A stretch of 62,162 bases of DNA, the filler included, from Choristocarpus tenellus KU-1152 (Eukaryota; Protista; Phaeophyceae), in assembly GCA_964200185.2 (NCBI GenBank). It is 11 parts of 11 records of this genome, joined end to end, with 100 filler letters (N's around TTAATTAATTAA, not from the genome) between each part and the next. Parts side by side here need not be neighbours in the genome. Positions count along the whole stretch, not along the records: positions 1 to 3,147 come from CAXNAD020021978.1; positions 3,248 to 17,061 come from CAXNAD020001360.1; 9 more parts are not named here. One strand, written 5' to 3'. The translations under genes and the position numbers were made by a program. Every line of letters begins with the position of its first letter. Position 1 is the stretch's first letter. The notes under the pieces are model-generated. The model had not been told where the DNA came from. It ran no database searches and worked only from the letters and a program-made list of their open reading frames with translations. Positions 1 to 13,638 of the stretch are shown here, one piece after another.

Positions 1-118
1 TCTTCTTCCCCCCCCTTCCCCCCCCCCCCCCTCCCCTCCCTCTTCCTTCCCCCCCCCCCCTTTTTCTCCCCCCCCCCCCCCCCCCCCCCCTAACCAAAAT
101 GCTGTCGATTGTATGTAG

Positions 119-1971
119 GAAACGCATGGAGGCTCCAATGGTCTTTGACAACCTCTGTGTAACTGCGCTGCTTTCCCGATACAAATGTCCCCCGGTTGTG
201 GTTGACTTTGTATTGGAATGCAGAGCTCCCCTTCGCCAGGTAAGAGACAAAAGGTTACAGGAAGTTTCTAACTTTTGTGATGCTGTTCTTCAGCCATCCC
301 GGTATCCCTTGGTGTTGAATATTGTAGTAAAAGGTTTGTCGTTCCTAAATTCCCCATAGGCAGAGGACACGTGTGAATGACAGAAGGGGCATGTTTCGAC
401 ACAATGCAGTTGCCCCTGATCTGCGATTTGAGGTGTATGTAGTGTTTTTTTTTTTTGTAGGGGTGTGCGGGTCATGTGCTCTGATGAGTTGTGTTTAGAG
501 AATCCTGGAGCTTGGACATGCTGGTTGGACTGAAAGAAGATATTGTAGTTTTTTTGTTGTACCTGAAATTGTGTAAGGATTGGATGGTTAAACTAGTGTT
601 ACATTTATTGCTGTTGCAATTGTGTAAAAATCGAATGGTTGAAATGGTGTTATGTTTATGGCTCTTGCAATTGTTAAGTAATTGGATGGACAAAACTGGT
701 GTCAGAAAAAAAGGTTAGGGTTAGAGGTCAATATTGCTCTCTTTTTATTTTTCTATTGAAGTGGTTTCCTGTAGCAGCGTGCTATTGATGTGAAGGTCTA
801 CACCATCGTTCTGTTGACAATGTTGAACAAGCGTGTTGGGATTCATTCACAGTAAGCATGTATATGTATATATACATACAGAACCATGGTTACAGCGGTA
901 GGAATAAAGTACTGAGTTGGTGATGTTGTACGCTACATTTCGATAGGATTTGAAGTACAGGATTGCTTTTTTGACATTTCATTGTGCCTCCAATTTCTGA
1001 TCGGAGGAAGCAAGGTCTAGAAATCAAGTTTGATAAATGCGGTTTAATCCGTCGTACCATTTATCTATTCGCACTCAATGGTAGTTTACTTAGGGTCACT
1101 GGTGTCGCCCATTGGTGAAGAGTGACGCTCCCATCCTTTTTCTACATGACGACCTTTGTTGCCCCATTGAAAATACCTCCTCCTCCTTCTCCTCCTTCCT
1201 ATCACTGTCCCTGACAACCCTTTCTGTTCAGTGTTCACTGATTGACACATGCCCTCCCCTTCTTCCTTATCTTTGCTACCTACCCTACATCATGGTGAAT
1301 TGACTTTCCAGCGATCATCTGCACAGGAGCTCCTTGCCCACGAGTTCCTTAGGAGCGCTAAGGAACTCGACCATACTCCCATCTGTCGCCCCACCTCTCC
1401 CACGGGGTCTGTTTATTCCTCCTGTTCTAATCTGGTAAACCATCCTAAGCCTTCGGTGGTTATGGAAACCTTGGCCTCCTCAGCCTTGGTATCATCATCT
1501 CCGTACAAGAGGCCCTGCTGCCCTCCACTCATCTGCTCACCATCCTTGGGCTCTCCAGTGGTTCGAGAGGGATCAACCTGCCCCCCTTCTGCAGCCTCAA
1601 CCTCTTCCAACACGTCTTCTTTCTCAGCTAGCCACTACTTCCCTGCTGATGATCACATTCCTCACGGCCCTGAGGGCGGCAATCCACTTGGCCATCTCCA
1701 TTCTCATTCCCCGGCATCCCCCCCACTCATGGGGAACCGGGTCAGGTCCGGAACCTTTCCGTCAAGATTGGTAACTTCGGTTCCAATGGTACAAGGGACT
1801 GAGGTTCAGGGTGGAACTGGGTCTGGAACCTTGGGAGGGGATGGGGCAGGGAAGGGAAAGCAGGGGAGACATTGCCGATCAGCTTCTGAGGATGCAGTGT
1901 GGGACATGCTTCCGTCTGATGAGAGCCAGTGCCGCAGACCCTCAGATCGATTCTTGTGGTGTGCCAAGTAA
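119..1971 (+). CDS. Ser/Thr protein kinase, 3' part (last two exons 119-239 and 1312-1971); WNK/NRBP-like subdomain XI plus Ser/Pro-rich tail
   Basis: Acceptor tgtag|g at 118, donor cag|gtaaga at 240, acceptor ttccag| at 1311. The phase-0 join reads PPVVVDFVLECRAPLRQRSSAQELLAHEFL, the kinase subdomain XI pattern (DF...C....R.SA.ELL.H.FL) with the short spacing typical of WNK kinases. 5' exons lie outside the contig. Confidence 0.7.
567..703. repeat. Degenerate ~51-bp tandem repeat (~2.7 copies) in kinase intron, followed by a TTAGGG dimer
   Basis: Units of the form aattgtgtaa...atggtt...tggtgtta...ttgc start near 567, 618 and 669; ggttagggttag at 713-724. Confidence 0.55.
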
Positions 1972-3147
1972 AAGTTGATGAGTCTTACAGGAGGGGAGAT
2001 TTTTTCCGATTAGGTGGGATCTGAGATGGGGAAGGATTGTTAGTTTTGTGCTTCCTGTTGTTTCCCTTCCTTTGAGGGGGGCTCGCAGTGGGTTCGTGAG
2101 GTAAAGAGACTTGGCTTTTGATGGGAACACGAAAAGAGGTATTGAGACGAAGTCATGTTTTACCTGTCGTGTGCTGTGGGAAGCTGTGAATTCTTCTTAG
2201 TTGAGAGCTTTGTGCTTCAGCTGTAGCTGTTTGTGAATGAATATCTTTTGGCGGGAGTATCCAGCTGAGGGAAGGGTAGATAAACATATTGTCTGTTCGT
2301 CTTACCACATGGCCAATGTAGGAGGAAAAAATGACCTGGTACTGTTGGTCAGGTGACCTGAAGTGCCTTGTAATGGGAATGGAAAGTCAGGGGGGGGGTG
2401 GGGGGTTGTTGGAGGGAGTATTGCTGACTACAAAAAAGATATATAACATCGAGCAAGTAGGAAATGGAAGCAGGGGTGGTAGGCTTCGCTCTATGCCTGT
2501 TTGTTCCTTTTGGAAAGCAGAAGTGGCACAATTGTCACTGAACAAAGGGCAATTTGTAGTATCAAACCGTTTCTTATATGTCTCTCAGATTCATAGGTCT
2601 TTTTGAAAATCATATTTCCTGAGAGTGGGTGAGGGGATAAAGGAAACAGTCATCATGTGTTGTGTGTTTGTTCTTGTGCAGTGTTTGTTCTCCTCCTTGT
2701 TAGTACTTCTGGTCTTGACCTTGAGGTGTGGCTGTGTTAATCCAGTGAAGGTGCTGGTGTGTGTGGGTCAGGGTGAAGGGGTGAGTTTGGAATTGATGGA
2801 TAGTTGTAATTGGAATTGTGTGTGGGAGGGGATGTGGGTTTTGCAAGAGAGAGGCACACGTGCCGATCAGACTTTGTTCCCCCTGCCCTTTCTCTAGCAA
2901 CACTTTTCATGGCCTTCCCTTGAGGAAGGTAAATTGTATTTTGAGTGTGATCTTGGATCATGAGATCACAGTAATGGTTTTTCAAGTTTGTTGTTTGTTA
3001 ATTGCGTACGGTAATGTGTAGCTCTTTGGAGTTATGCTGCTTAAACGAGTGCTGAGGAGGGAGGCATAGGTTGGGTTGGGGGGGTTGGTTACACTCGTTA
3101 CAGGGGAGGGCTAATAAAAAGGATCAAATACAGTGGGGGGGAGGAAG

Positions 3148-3247
3148 NNNNNNNNNNNNNNNNNNNNNNNNNNNNNNNNNNNNNNNNNNNNTTAATTAAT
3201 TAANNNNNNNNNNNNNNNNNNNNNNNNNNNNNNNNNNNNNNNNNNNN
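3148..3247. other. Artificial contig spacer N44-TTAATTAATTAA-N44 (also 17062-17161, 20127-20226, 30148-30247, 35829-35928, 39629-39728, 42842-42941, 46807-46906, 51048-51147, 59268-59367)
   Basis: Ten identical 100-nt blocks containing a six-frame stop linker; assembly artefact. Confidence 0.98.
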
Positions 3248-3332
3248 AATTAAATGCTCTTTTCCTGGTTTTGAACTAAAAGGACCTCCTGGTGTCGGCC
3301 CCCCCCCCCCCCCCCCCCAGATACTTTTGGTC
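3248..3332 (+). mobile_element. MITE family B, partial (one end)
   Basis: ttttcctggttttgaactaaaaggacct...poly-C-agatacttttggtc matches the ends of the copies at 13419 and 26743. Confidence 0.75.
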
Positions 3333-4209
3333 AGCTGTAACCGTTTTTCCTTAGGGTTAGGGTTAAGGTTTTCTCCTCGTGTGTACAAAGCCCCCCTTCC
3401 GTACAAGGGTCTTTGTGCTATGTAGGGCCTGGGGTGGTGCTAAGTATGTGTGTATGTACTGCTATTGTTAGGAGGAAGAAGGGAGAGGGTAGATTTAAGC
3501 ACAACTAGTAATATTTATAGTTCATCCTTCCTATTTTTGAACTCGATGCTCCAGTACTTCAAGTTGAAGGTAAAGTTGCCCTTTGGACTGTTTTGGTTTT
3601 TTTTTAGAGGTGTTTGCTGTTACAAAAATCGTTTGGTAGTGTTTGGGTGAAGAAAGAATCGGCTGTATATCAATTGCACAGTTGATGATGATGTCATGTT
3701 GAAGTATAGTTATTGTAAAACAAACACCCCAAAAGAGTATGAGGAACCATGTAATAACAACATTATAGTCAGGAAAATAAGTCTAATCAGTTCAGTCTTA
3801 CACCTGTTGATGCTAATAGTGCTGATAAGATTATTTCTGTCCCTTGAGCTATCCTTATCGGAAGTCTATTTTGGAAAAATTTAGAGTTGTGGAATTATTT
3901 CTAAAGAAACGCCCATTGTCACAGCTATCTCAATCGTTGGATAATGTAGTATAAGAAATTCTACTTATCTAAAGAAGGAATTAGAAGACGAATTACATCA
4001 ACTGGAGCTAGCTGGTGTCATTATTAAAAAATGACACATGCATTTCTCGCCATTCTGATACACTACTTGAGATCGCTACTTTTAATGAAGAAATATTTAT
4101 TTATTATGCACATCTGATAAATGTTGAAGACCGTTAATATCTTGACTAGTAATGTGCTTGTGTCTTTGTTCTGGCCCTCCTCCTTTGTTGTTTGGTTATG
4201 TGTTGGCAG

Positions 4210-5051
4210 GATGCTAATGCCCTGAGATTGGCTAGAGAAGACGCTGCCCGCAAGATAATGGAGCAGCAGAATAAGGTAGGCGAGGAACCTACTGTGTGGA
4301 ACATGTCTTGTCACAGCGTGTTGAAGTTTTGTCTTGTGGTTGAGTGTTCTCAAGTAGTGTATCATACTGTGGTACAGAGTATGGTATGTGGTATTGTGAG
4401 TTTCGAGATTAATCTTCATCTTTGATAGTGTGTTGCATTTTTCTTTTTACTATTTTTTTTACTATTTTTTATTTTTTATGGTACTGCTACTGCTGCTACT
4501 GTACATGAGGTACTGTGAAGTTAAATAGTACTAGTGCTTATCTGTTGGCAATGGTATGTATCTGTACATTGGGATGAATAATAACTGCATAGAAGTGACC
4601 TGTGTGTGGCATCAAAGTTGTCTCTTGTTTAGAGAGTGGGTCTATACATGTTCCATTTTTTTTATTGAAGAAAAAATAATCTCCAAAAGTGACGCATGCC
4701 TTAGGACTGGTACAAATTTGGGTGGTACCAAGTACACAATGTGTTGTATACTGTGTTGTATACTGTCTTGGGTAGTACAGCATTGCAGTGATCTTGTTGA
4801 AAACAGAAGTCTAGACTTCAAAGGGTTGTGACACTTGAGTGTTTTCGACTCCACTCTGATGGATGTGGATGTGTGTGTGTGTGTGTTGGAGGCAGATTGT
4901 TGGAGGTGCAAAGGGCAAGGAGGAGGAGGAGGAGGGAGGGGCAGGGGCAATGCAAGGGTTGAGTGCACGTGAGATATCCAAACTCAAGGCAAAGGCATGG
5001 TCAAAGCAGCAGAAGGAGAAGAAGGCTGCTGGAGTAAAGAAAGCCAAGTGA
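4210..5051 (+). CDS. Unknown protein, last two exons (4210-4275, 4896-5051), charged Lys-rich C-terminus
   Basis: ggcag|GAT...AAG|gtaggc and gcag|ATT...TGA; the phase-0 join reads DANALRLAREDAARKIMEQQNK-IVGGAKGKEEEEEGG...GLSAREISKLKAKAWSKQQKEKKAAGVKKAK*. Confidence 0.6.
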
Positions 5052-7219
5052 AGTAATCATTGTCTTGTTGTGATCTGGAGCATGTATCTGGTGTTTTTCT
5101 GGACAAAGCATTGGAAAGAAGGCAATGTTGGTGATTTATGCCACACCAAATGAAGGCTTCAAGGTTTGTCTGGGATTGAATGAATGCTTCTAGGGGTACA
5201 TAGCATATATCGATCCAAGTATTACATTGTGTGAAATATATAGCAGCAGGAGGAAACTTTCTGTACTTTCACAGTGATTGTTTCTGTTGCATGATTGGAT
5301 GTGAAGAGGGTGGAAGAGGTAGGTGACTTGTTATTAACTAGGATGGGGGGCGTGGTGCATAAGTTGTTATTACTTGATGGAAGAGGAAAGAGAATGGATG
5401 TCTCAAGGAACCAATTCCAAGGTAGAAAGGGGACTGTTCTGTTTTACAACAAAGTATATTTGGAATTTACATTGTAAGGGTTTCACTACATACAGAACAT
5501 ATTGTGTGATCCTGTAGAGTACTGAACTGACGTGTAATGGCACAGAAGGCAAACAGATGGTCAAGTACTGCCATGATGATCTCACCACTGTATTGTTCTG
5601 AGGGTTGTTTGAATTATTCCAGGAGCTGATTGGCATAGGACGAAGTCAGTAGACTCTTTTTTTTTTGGCTGTGCAGTAGTGTGTAGTAAGGGTTAGGGTT
5701 AAGGATAGGACAAGAGTCTATTAATCGTAATGATGCATTTGTTATACTCCACATGAATATGCCTTCCATACTCCATGAGTAGTTTGAACAATAGATTCTT
5801 TAGCTCTATACACTCAAACTCTATCTACTACGAATACCTATTAAATTATGCTGCATGAGTTTTCTATGATCACAGAAACAGATACCCTCAGCTGAAGAAA
5901 TGTGGACAGCCAAACAAGTTTACCACATTTCCTCATTTTGAGGCGTATGTGTGTGCAAGTCTGCATTACAAACAAAACTATCAATATTAATAATACTCTT
6001 ATTGCTGTATTAATCAAATATCAAGGTGACCATGTCAAATGTTTGATTTTCTTGGTCATACTTCCTTCGACGGACTCTACCAACTCAAACTTGGGCACTG
6101 AGCATGTAGGTAAGGACACCCAATGTGGTGTCTGATGTGATGCAATGCTCTGTTCCATGTACCAACCTCTACTTCTTGGAGGACCTCATTGGTTCAATTT
6201 AACTATTCTGAACACAACAGCAAAATGTGTGCGATGCTGTTTTGTTAGGTACAATCAATGAAAAACTGCTAGAACTATACCCAGGTTGATGTGTTTTACC
6301 TTACAGCATTACCCAAAGTCAAATCCTTCCAATTGTTCGATGCATATACCTATCATACAATTAAGACAACAACCAGCCTCTTCTGATACCACTTGACATA
6401 CATGCAATCATGGTGTAAAGACAACGGAGTGTTCTAAGGTCCAAACCTAGGGAGGGAAAGATGGGTATGATGCAAAATGCATTGCATCGACCATAAAGGT
6501 CTAAACTTCACTTCCTCTCAAACACTTAAAAATATCCACAATCTCTCATCACATCTCAACTTTTTTCTCCCAAATAAGACCATTGTCTAAAGTTCACTTT
6601 CAACAATGTACATATTGCAGCATGTTCTGCGGCCACAAACTAACCCCTTTACAAACAACAAAAAAATACACTTCAAATTGTAGCAACTACCAAACTGATA
6701 GGATAAATAAATTCAGTCTCAAAAAACAGTCAAGAACACATTGAACTCTCAGGCATGAGCTCCTCTTCAGGAGCCTTCAACCTTCCTCTTGGGCCACCTA
6801 CCCCTTATATTTTCACCATAACATAAGAGGCTCAAGGTGACACAACCTACCATGTCAACGGTGAAATTAACAACCTATTTCCTTGCCAATATGTAACAAC
6901 ACTACCTACACCAAAAGACTATATATATACACAAGCTGGAGCGCTGTTGCCTGGCCATACCATTCGTTCTTGGTCTATATCCCCTTCCCTCCACCCACTA
7001 GTCCTTTGATATGGACTGGAAGCAAAACAGTGTCAATTTCTAACAGTAGTGCCATGCATCCAGAAAAAAAAAAGTCCCGGATATTCTTCCCACTCTATCC
7101 ATTGGGATTCACTGCATTCATCTAAGCCAAAGCAGATTTTATTGGTTCATTCATGAGCAGGGCGTTCTATTGCACCTAGTCCCAACACCCCCCCCCTTCA
7201 ACAACATGTGTGAAATCAA

Positions 7220-10200
7220 TTAACCCTGTCCAGGTGTAGACCTATCCCTTTTGCCTTCAAGTGAACTGAGAATACACCCAGCAAGTACAAGGGCACTTCC
7301 AACAACCACCCACGGCCCCAGCTCTTCATCCAGAGCAACCATGGCGACACCAGCCCCAACCAAAGGGTCCATCGTGTAGATAACAGCAGCCTCTTTAGAG
7401 CGGGTAGACACAAGCGAGAAGGAAGGCAATGAGGGCAACCAGGATTGTGTGTTGTAGTGGTCTGGTTCTTGGCCAAGGTTGTATCAGATAACGATTGCCA
7501 CAGGTTGGCATTGGATCAAATTTGGTGCATTTCACCAAGCACTAGACGCTTTTAGTTCTCAAGACCTGTGCCTTAGTCCTCTCTACTTGTTTTGCATATG
7601 CTCCAAGCGTATTATGTACCCATGAGAACGCCTGCGCAATCTTCTCAACTTAGGGTGTTTGCAGAGAGCAGTATGGGATTCTCACAGCACACAAGAGACT
7701 TTTTTTTACCAGGTCACCGCAAACAGAGTAAGAAATCACAGCAATACACACCCTTTGCCACTGGGTATTGTTTGGGCATGACTTTTATCAACACTTGTTT
7801 CAATCCCAACCCTAACCCTAACCTTCACAAACCCATGCCCCCACCTACTTCAAATTACTGCCCTGAACGTATGGTTAGTTTGGTGAGCATTTGTCAGTGC
7901 ATGAAGGTGCAACTGCCCTATTGGACATCGAATCGATGGCTTTATAATGCCATGTAAGGTGCACCAGTAGCCAGGTAGCGGATACCTAGGGTCATAACTA
8001 TAGTTGACACATACAAATGCAGTTACAGTACCCACCAGATGCAGTTACAGTACCCACCAAATGCAGTTACAGTACCCACCAAATGCAGTTACAGTACCCA
8101 CCAGATGCAGTTACAGTACCCACCAGATGCAGGCACCGTCCTTAGAGCTGCAGTCTCTATGTACATAACAAAAGCTGTTGTCACTAGCCCTGTCCAAAGC
8201 AACCCCCCCGAGATGGTTGGGTGGGAGCATAGGGACACAACTTCATCCAATGGTGGCATCGTACCTGTGGAAAAAAAGAAAAAAAAATGATACTACTAAC
8301 CATTTAAAAATGCATCCACCCTATGAAAAATTTTCAAGTACAAAGCACGTTTATGTAACCTAATCCTAACCCTATTGTATCACATCATAGAATTCTAACA
8401 ATAGGGTAGGGTGTAAAGGCAAAGGAAGAGGATCAAGGTAATTCCTTCACCTCTCTCAGAATGAGTAGCATCAGAAAACTGAGATGTCATCATTGCCCTC
8501 ACTGAACCATGCGTAACCCTCCTCCAAGCTTATATAGGAAGCACTTTCTAACAAGAAATTTACATTTTGGAGAGGCTGGTTGTATGTGTGTCCACACTGA
8601 ACCCCTCTCTTCTCACACAAAAAAATAGAACACAAAATTTCTCTTCTGCATGCATTGCAATAAAAAAATGACAATATCAAGTCTTTAAGATAAATACATG
8701 GCAGCCTCTCTTGCTAAGGTTAGGGCTATGTATGCAGGGTGAATTGTTCTTTGTGCTCTCCCTGAGGTCAAAAGGACACTAATTGATCCTGCAACAGCTA
8801 CTAACCTGCTGCAGTGACCAACAAAGAGTGTTGCATCCTTCCTTTCCACTCTTAACGCACCCATGCCAAATGCAATACCTACCATACTACTACAGCAATG
8901 GTGACCAAGTGAAGGGGCACTTGTCCCACTTACTCACTGCCTTAATAAGAACTTCCAATTTTAATTTAACAAAAAGGAATTTAAGTTTTACCACAAACCC
9001 GATAAAAAATGTTATGTAATCCCTGGATTGAAAGCAGGTTAGGGAGCGAAACAGGTCTCTTGTGATCATGGAAGAGTGCAAAAGGTGTAGAAACCCTAAC
9101 CCTATAAATAGTGCATTACAATTTTGATGTCGATGATAATTTCACAAATGTGTGTGTCATAAACATCCTCATTGGTACCAATAAAATGCAATATTTCTAC
9201 GACAGGCTAGCTTCCTCATTACAGCAGTTGGTGGGGTCCCCTTGTGGGTGGCTCTAGAGTTGCTCAAAGCATTACATGTAGATGGCACAAACCATCTTTG
9301 CATCCAAGAGCAAGCTAGTGAAACCTTTGCATTGTGAGTCTGAACTGACTAAAATCGTCATCAGAACAACTGAGATTGATATCTATTCAAAAAAATTGGG
9401 TAGGCAACTATCAACTGTGACCTCTACCCGCTACATACTCACACACTATCAATGATTGCAAAATATGTCACTCACGCATTCCAGCACCTGTTGGGGATAA
9501 TATCAAGTGCCATATCAACAGCTAACTGCACACCCTGCAATTCATTCAGTGTAACACCACATGCTTGTAGTGCCTGCATCCCTCAAGCACCAGAATAATA
9601 CAAATAAATGCCTTCATAAATCCCTCAACACATTTCCGCCAACTAAAATGTGCACACAATATGAGACACACACAAACACACGCCTTCCTTTCTCAAACAA
9701 CCCCTGATACACGCACAGATCACACGCAATGCTTCAAGCCTCACTATTCCCTATATTATTTTGTGTGAGTCTCACCGCCTGCCAAGGCCCAAACACTTGA
9801 AACCCCTCCAATGGCAGCCACCTGGCTTGCAGTCAGCGCTAAGGTCTCCTCCGGATGTTGTGTAGAAAACGCCTCCATCCTCCATGTCGACAAACCAAAG
9901 AAAAATGGAGTGCTAAGTGCCAAAAGACGGGCAAGAACACCGGCATCCCCCCCTGTCTCTGATCCCACTGATCACAGCATTATCGATCACGATCAAGTCA
10001 CAAAGAAGAAAAAAACGGAGAAGAACAGAAAAAAAAAAATCAAATGAAAAAAAAAAAAAAATGGAAGATAGGGAAAAACATATCGTTCTTTTATCAATTT
10101 TGGAAAGAGCATGTGAAGTTTCGCTGCCGAATGGGTGAGTTGCTTCTCACTAATTATTCTAATCACTCTGCACCCGTAGAATAATTTTGCCCCCACCGAA

Positions 10201-11550
10201 GCGAATAGGTGGAAGAATTTTGACAAAAAAAAGAGCAGTTGGTAGGAGGGTAGGACAGTAGGAAATTTATCACTTACGGTGGAAGGTGCACTCAAAATAT
10301 TGAGGGTGGTTTTTCACACAGCAGTTGTCAAAGTATCACCAAACTAAATCCACCCCCAAATATTTTTCTTCTGATGTGCAGTCGTACGGCAAATGTTCTG
10401 GGCAAAGACTAGCGTAATTTGTATGGGTGTCTTACTGGTGCAGAGGGTTGAGAGAAACAGTGCCACAGATTTATGGTGGGACTATAGAAGTATTCGAAAT
10501 GGCAACAAATTTGAACATGTGGTTAGTTTGGCTACTTGAAGGAGGGAACGCAGAAACAATCTCTTGATCAAGCATTCCTCTTCACATCTTCTTACAGACC
10601 TACACACTGCATCTCGTATGCAATGTATGCAATGGCTTCGGCAACACAATACATAACACCCACAAGCTCAATAGCGAGGGAGTGGCGGGCGTGGTTGCGA
10701 GATGATAAATCCACCCTTGACTCCTATGGTATTATATTGGTGGGGGGGGGGGAAGTAATAATGCAGTCAACAGTAGGGCTTTGCTCCTCAATATTCCCAT
10801 GACGCTGTTGAGTGTTCTCAAAGTTTGAAGTACATTTGGCGATTTACTTTGGTGGAGCTCCAGATTGCAACCCCAAAAATGTGGGCAAATACGAGGTCCT
10901 GCCGAAAGAAGTCAGTGAGGGGCCCTTACCACCTGTCTGGAGCAGCGCGGCACCAGCACAAGCAAGGACTGCTGCCCACACTGTCTTCCGTCCGACAGTG
11001 CGACCTCCAAAGTAGTCCAAGGCTGGCACGACAAGCACTGATAGGCTGCCCACAAGCGCCATCTGGCTGGCGGCAATCGCCTGTATGGAATGGTCAAACT
11101 GTGGTTAGGGACAGCCAATAGACACGGTTGCGTAAAGTGGAAGGGAGTGCAAGACACGTGTGTATTTTATGTGAAATTGGTGGGACACTGAGTGACTGGC
11201 AACCAAAATGATTGTTACAGCAAGGGAAAAGAAAACTTTTCTAACTCTTATGCAATTTCGCGCACATCATTCCCTCCAATTCTCACCTTCATCCCCCACG
11301 CCTGTGCGGCGTAGCCCAAGGCACCATACACGCCCACCTCAGCCCCTCCTCGCAATGCCCCCGGGCTAGCCCCGTGAAGGGCTGGACTGAGGACCAACGA
11401 CGCAAGTCCAAACCGTAAGGCCAGGAGAGTCGCTGGGTCCAGATCTCCTCCCAGAGTTTTTACTACAGCGTAATTGGTTCCATACAAGCATGCGGCTGTC
11501 AATAACGATAGCCGTGCCAACCAAAGTCCACGTTTACCTGACCTGGACAT
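7220..11550 (-). CDS. EamA/DMT-family membrane transporter; exons 11550(or 11542)-11287, 11080-10930, 9967-9776, 8264-8124, 7392-7220; possible extra upstream exon ~11849-11648
   Basis: All introns GT-AG with matching phases. EamA motifs LYGTNYAVVK, LRFGLASLVLSP, GYAAQAWG, SLSVLVVP, LLWTGLVTTAF...IETAAL..VPASEAAVIYTMDPLVGA, GSALVLAG; two-repeat hydrophobic architecture. Confidence 0.88.
8017..8132. repeat. 22-bp tandem repeat x5.3 (ATGCAGTTACAGTACCCACCAR) overlapping the EamA exon-4 donor
   Basis: Units start at 8017, 8039, 8061, 8083, 8105 and 8127 (partial). Confidence 0.95.
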
Positions 11551-12441
11551 TGTTTCGCAAGTTTCAAAAATAAAGTACGTAAGATGACGTACTCGGTTCT
11601 GTATCTAAAAAATGACAACGAAATCGTGAACTTCTGACTCACTACACCTTTCAAGGGCAGGTGATAGGATTTTGCCAGGAAGGGCTGGGCCATTGTTGCG
11701 CCAATTCCTGAATGCGTCGCTCTCCAGAGAACGTTGAAAGGGTGCGTGTGGTTCCAGACTCATAAGCGTTCCCCTCTCGTCTCTAAGACATCGCGCCACC
11801 GAGAACTCTTTATTCCCAATCACGATGGCATCACGAAGATCCGAAACCTGGAAGTACAGCATAACCAGAATGCAAGGAGGCAAGGGTGGGATACCAATCT
11901 TCAGACAACGAGAAGGGCAACAATGGAAAGAACTTTCACAACCACACTCACTCGGACAGGCCCGGGCACAGTCAAGTGCCTGCCGCATCGATAGGGTGAT
12001 TTCGGACGCACTACCCATCCATCAATTCCTTCCAGAACCAAGAGTAGAAGCAGGGTCAGGGCTTGAGGACGATGCATCTATCGATCTTCGCGAGATGATT
12101 GTGAGTTTGATGAGGTACTGGTGATGGTGAGAATTTGTGTATTGTTGTAGATATTTTTTGGAAGAAATTTCCAAAGTGCCATTCATGGATCGACAAACAT
12201 CGTAAATTGTACCTTCTGGCATATAAAACTGAAATTGAAAATCGAACATCGGAAATTGACATTGAAAATTGAAAATGTAATTTCGACTGAACTAGAAAAG
12301 AAAAAGAAAATAGTAAACATAACTTCACACCACAACGTAATTAGTAGCCACTACCACTTTCTGAAGTATTTTTGTAGTTGTGGTAAAAACAGTAGTAGAT
12401 GGTACTTTGGCGACCGTGACAGTTTGTTGCGCTCGCAAAAA

Positions 12442-13218
12442 ATGTCACAGAAGATTTTAGAAGTGTTACAAACAATCGTGAAGGCTGCACACTCGCTAAA
12501 AAACGTTAAGGTCAAGAGTAAGTTTTCAAAGAGTCACAAACGGGAATTAGGATGGTACTAAACTCTGTCACTCTTCTTGTGACCACCCTGAAGCAATTCC
12601 CCCCGCCCGTCTTTTCTTCTATTAATCCTGATCAACCCATCCTTCCCTTATGCCATAACGATTTTGGTGCTTACAAGAGTGTGTTTGCTTGATGCTTACA
12701 TCCTTCCCTTTCTTTGGTATCAACTCTACCAACTGTGGATAGGAGATTTCCTTCCCCTGTTGACATACACGTATCAAATGAATAAGTTATTCGAATGTTG
12801 GACTTTTGGACTGTACTTGCCTTTTTCCTTCCCTCAACCTGTCCCCTCTCCAGACATCTATTCTGGAAGATCATCCGGTTCAATTCCCCACATCAACAAC
12901 ACATGTGGGAATAAAGACCACTCAACTACCTCCGCAATGCAATATACCGCCACCACATCATATTTTCTAACCTCAAGTTCAACCTGATATCCCAAACATC
13001 CAACCGCATAAACCCCATAAATTATTTGACATGCAGGCACAACAAGAAGGTATGTTCTTTAAAATATATTATGTAGAAGTTGATATCCTTCTTTGATTTA
13101 AAGTTGAAGCACTGATCTCTTGACTTCATTCAACCTTCAACAACTCCTTCCTACAGAATGTCTTGAACGATGATGATGGTGGTTTTGTGTTGGTGTCTGA
13201 TTTTGTAGCCCCCTTTTA
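12442..13218 (+). pseudogene. Possible small or degenerate C2-domain-like gene, divergent from EamA
   Basis: ATG 12442 exon MSQKILEVLQTIVKAAHSLKNVK|gtcaag resembles C2 strand 1; a micro-exon cag|gcacaacaagaag|gtatgt plus cag|aatgtc gives HNKKNVLNDDDGGFVLVSDF. The middle cannot be joined cleanly. Confidence 0.25.
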
Positions 13219-13418
13219 GAGATGACGACCCAATTCCATATGGAATGTACGCCAACCATTTCTAGTTTTGTTTTCGTCTACTTCCATTAAGTTATATTTT
13301 ACTTACAAGTAGTAGGTGTCAATACATCGTAGGAAATCATCCACGACTACGGAATAGGAGATCTCTTTGATTTAACCCCACGTTAGTAGGGTTGTGCTTG
13401 GTGGATTGGTGGCATTCA

Positions 13419-13638
13419 GGCTCAAAGTATCTGTGGGGGGGGGTGGCGGCTGTCCATTTGGGGCCAATTTTTTCATGTCGCGATTTTTGGGTGATTTGGT
13501 TGCATACGTCGGATGGATAATGCACTTTTCCTGATTTTGTCCCAAATGGACACCCTGGTGTAGACCCCCCCCCCCCCCCCCCCACCCTCCGGTGTTACAT
13601 CTCNNNNNNNNNNCCCCCCTCCCAGAAACTTTTGGGTC
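13419..13638 (+). mobile_element. MITE family B, near full length (contains a 10-N gap)
   Basis: GGCTCAAAGTATCT-polyG...tgtccatttggggcc...cccaaatggacac...polyC-AGAAACTTTTGGGTC. Confidence 0.85.

Noticed and set aside
3192-3203. TTAATTAATTAA palindrome recurring ten times
   Set aside because: Synthetic six-frame stop linker inside N runs.
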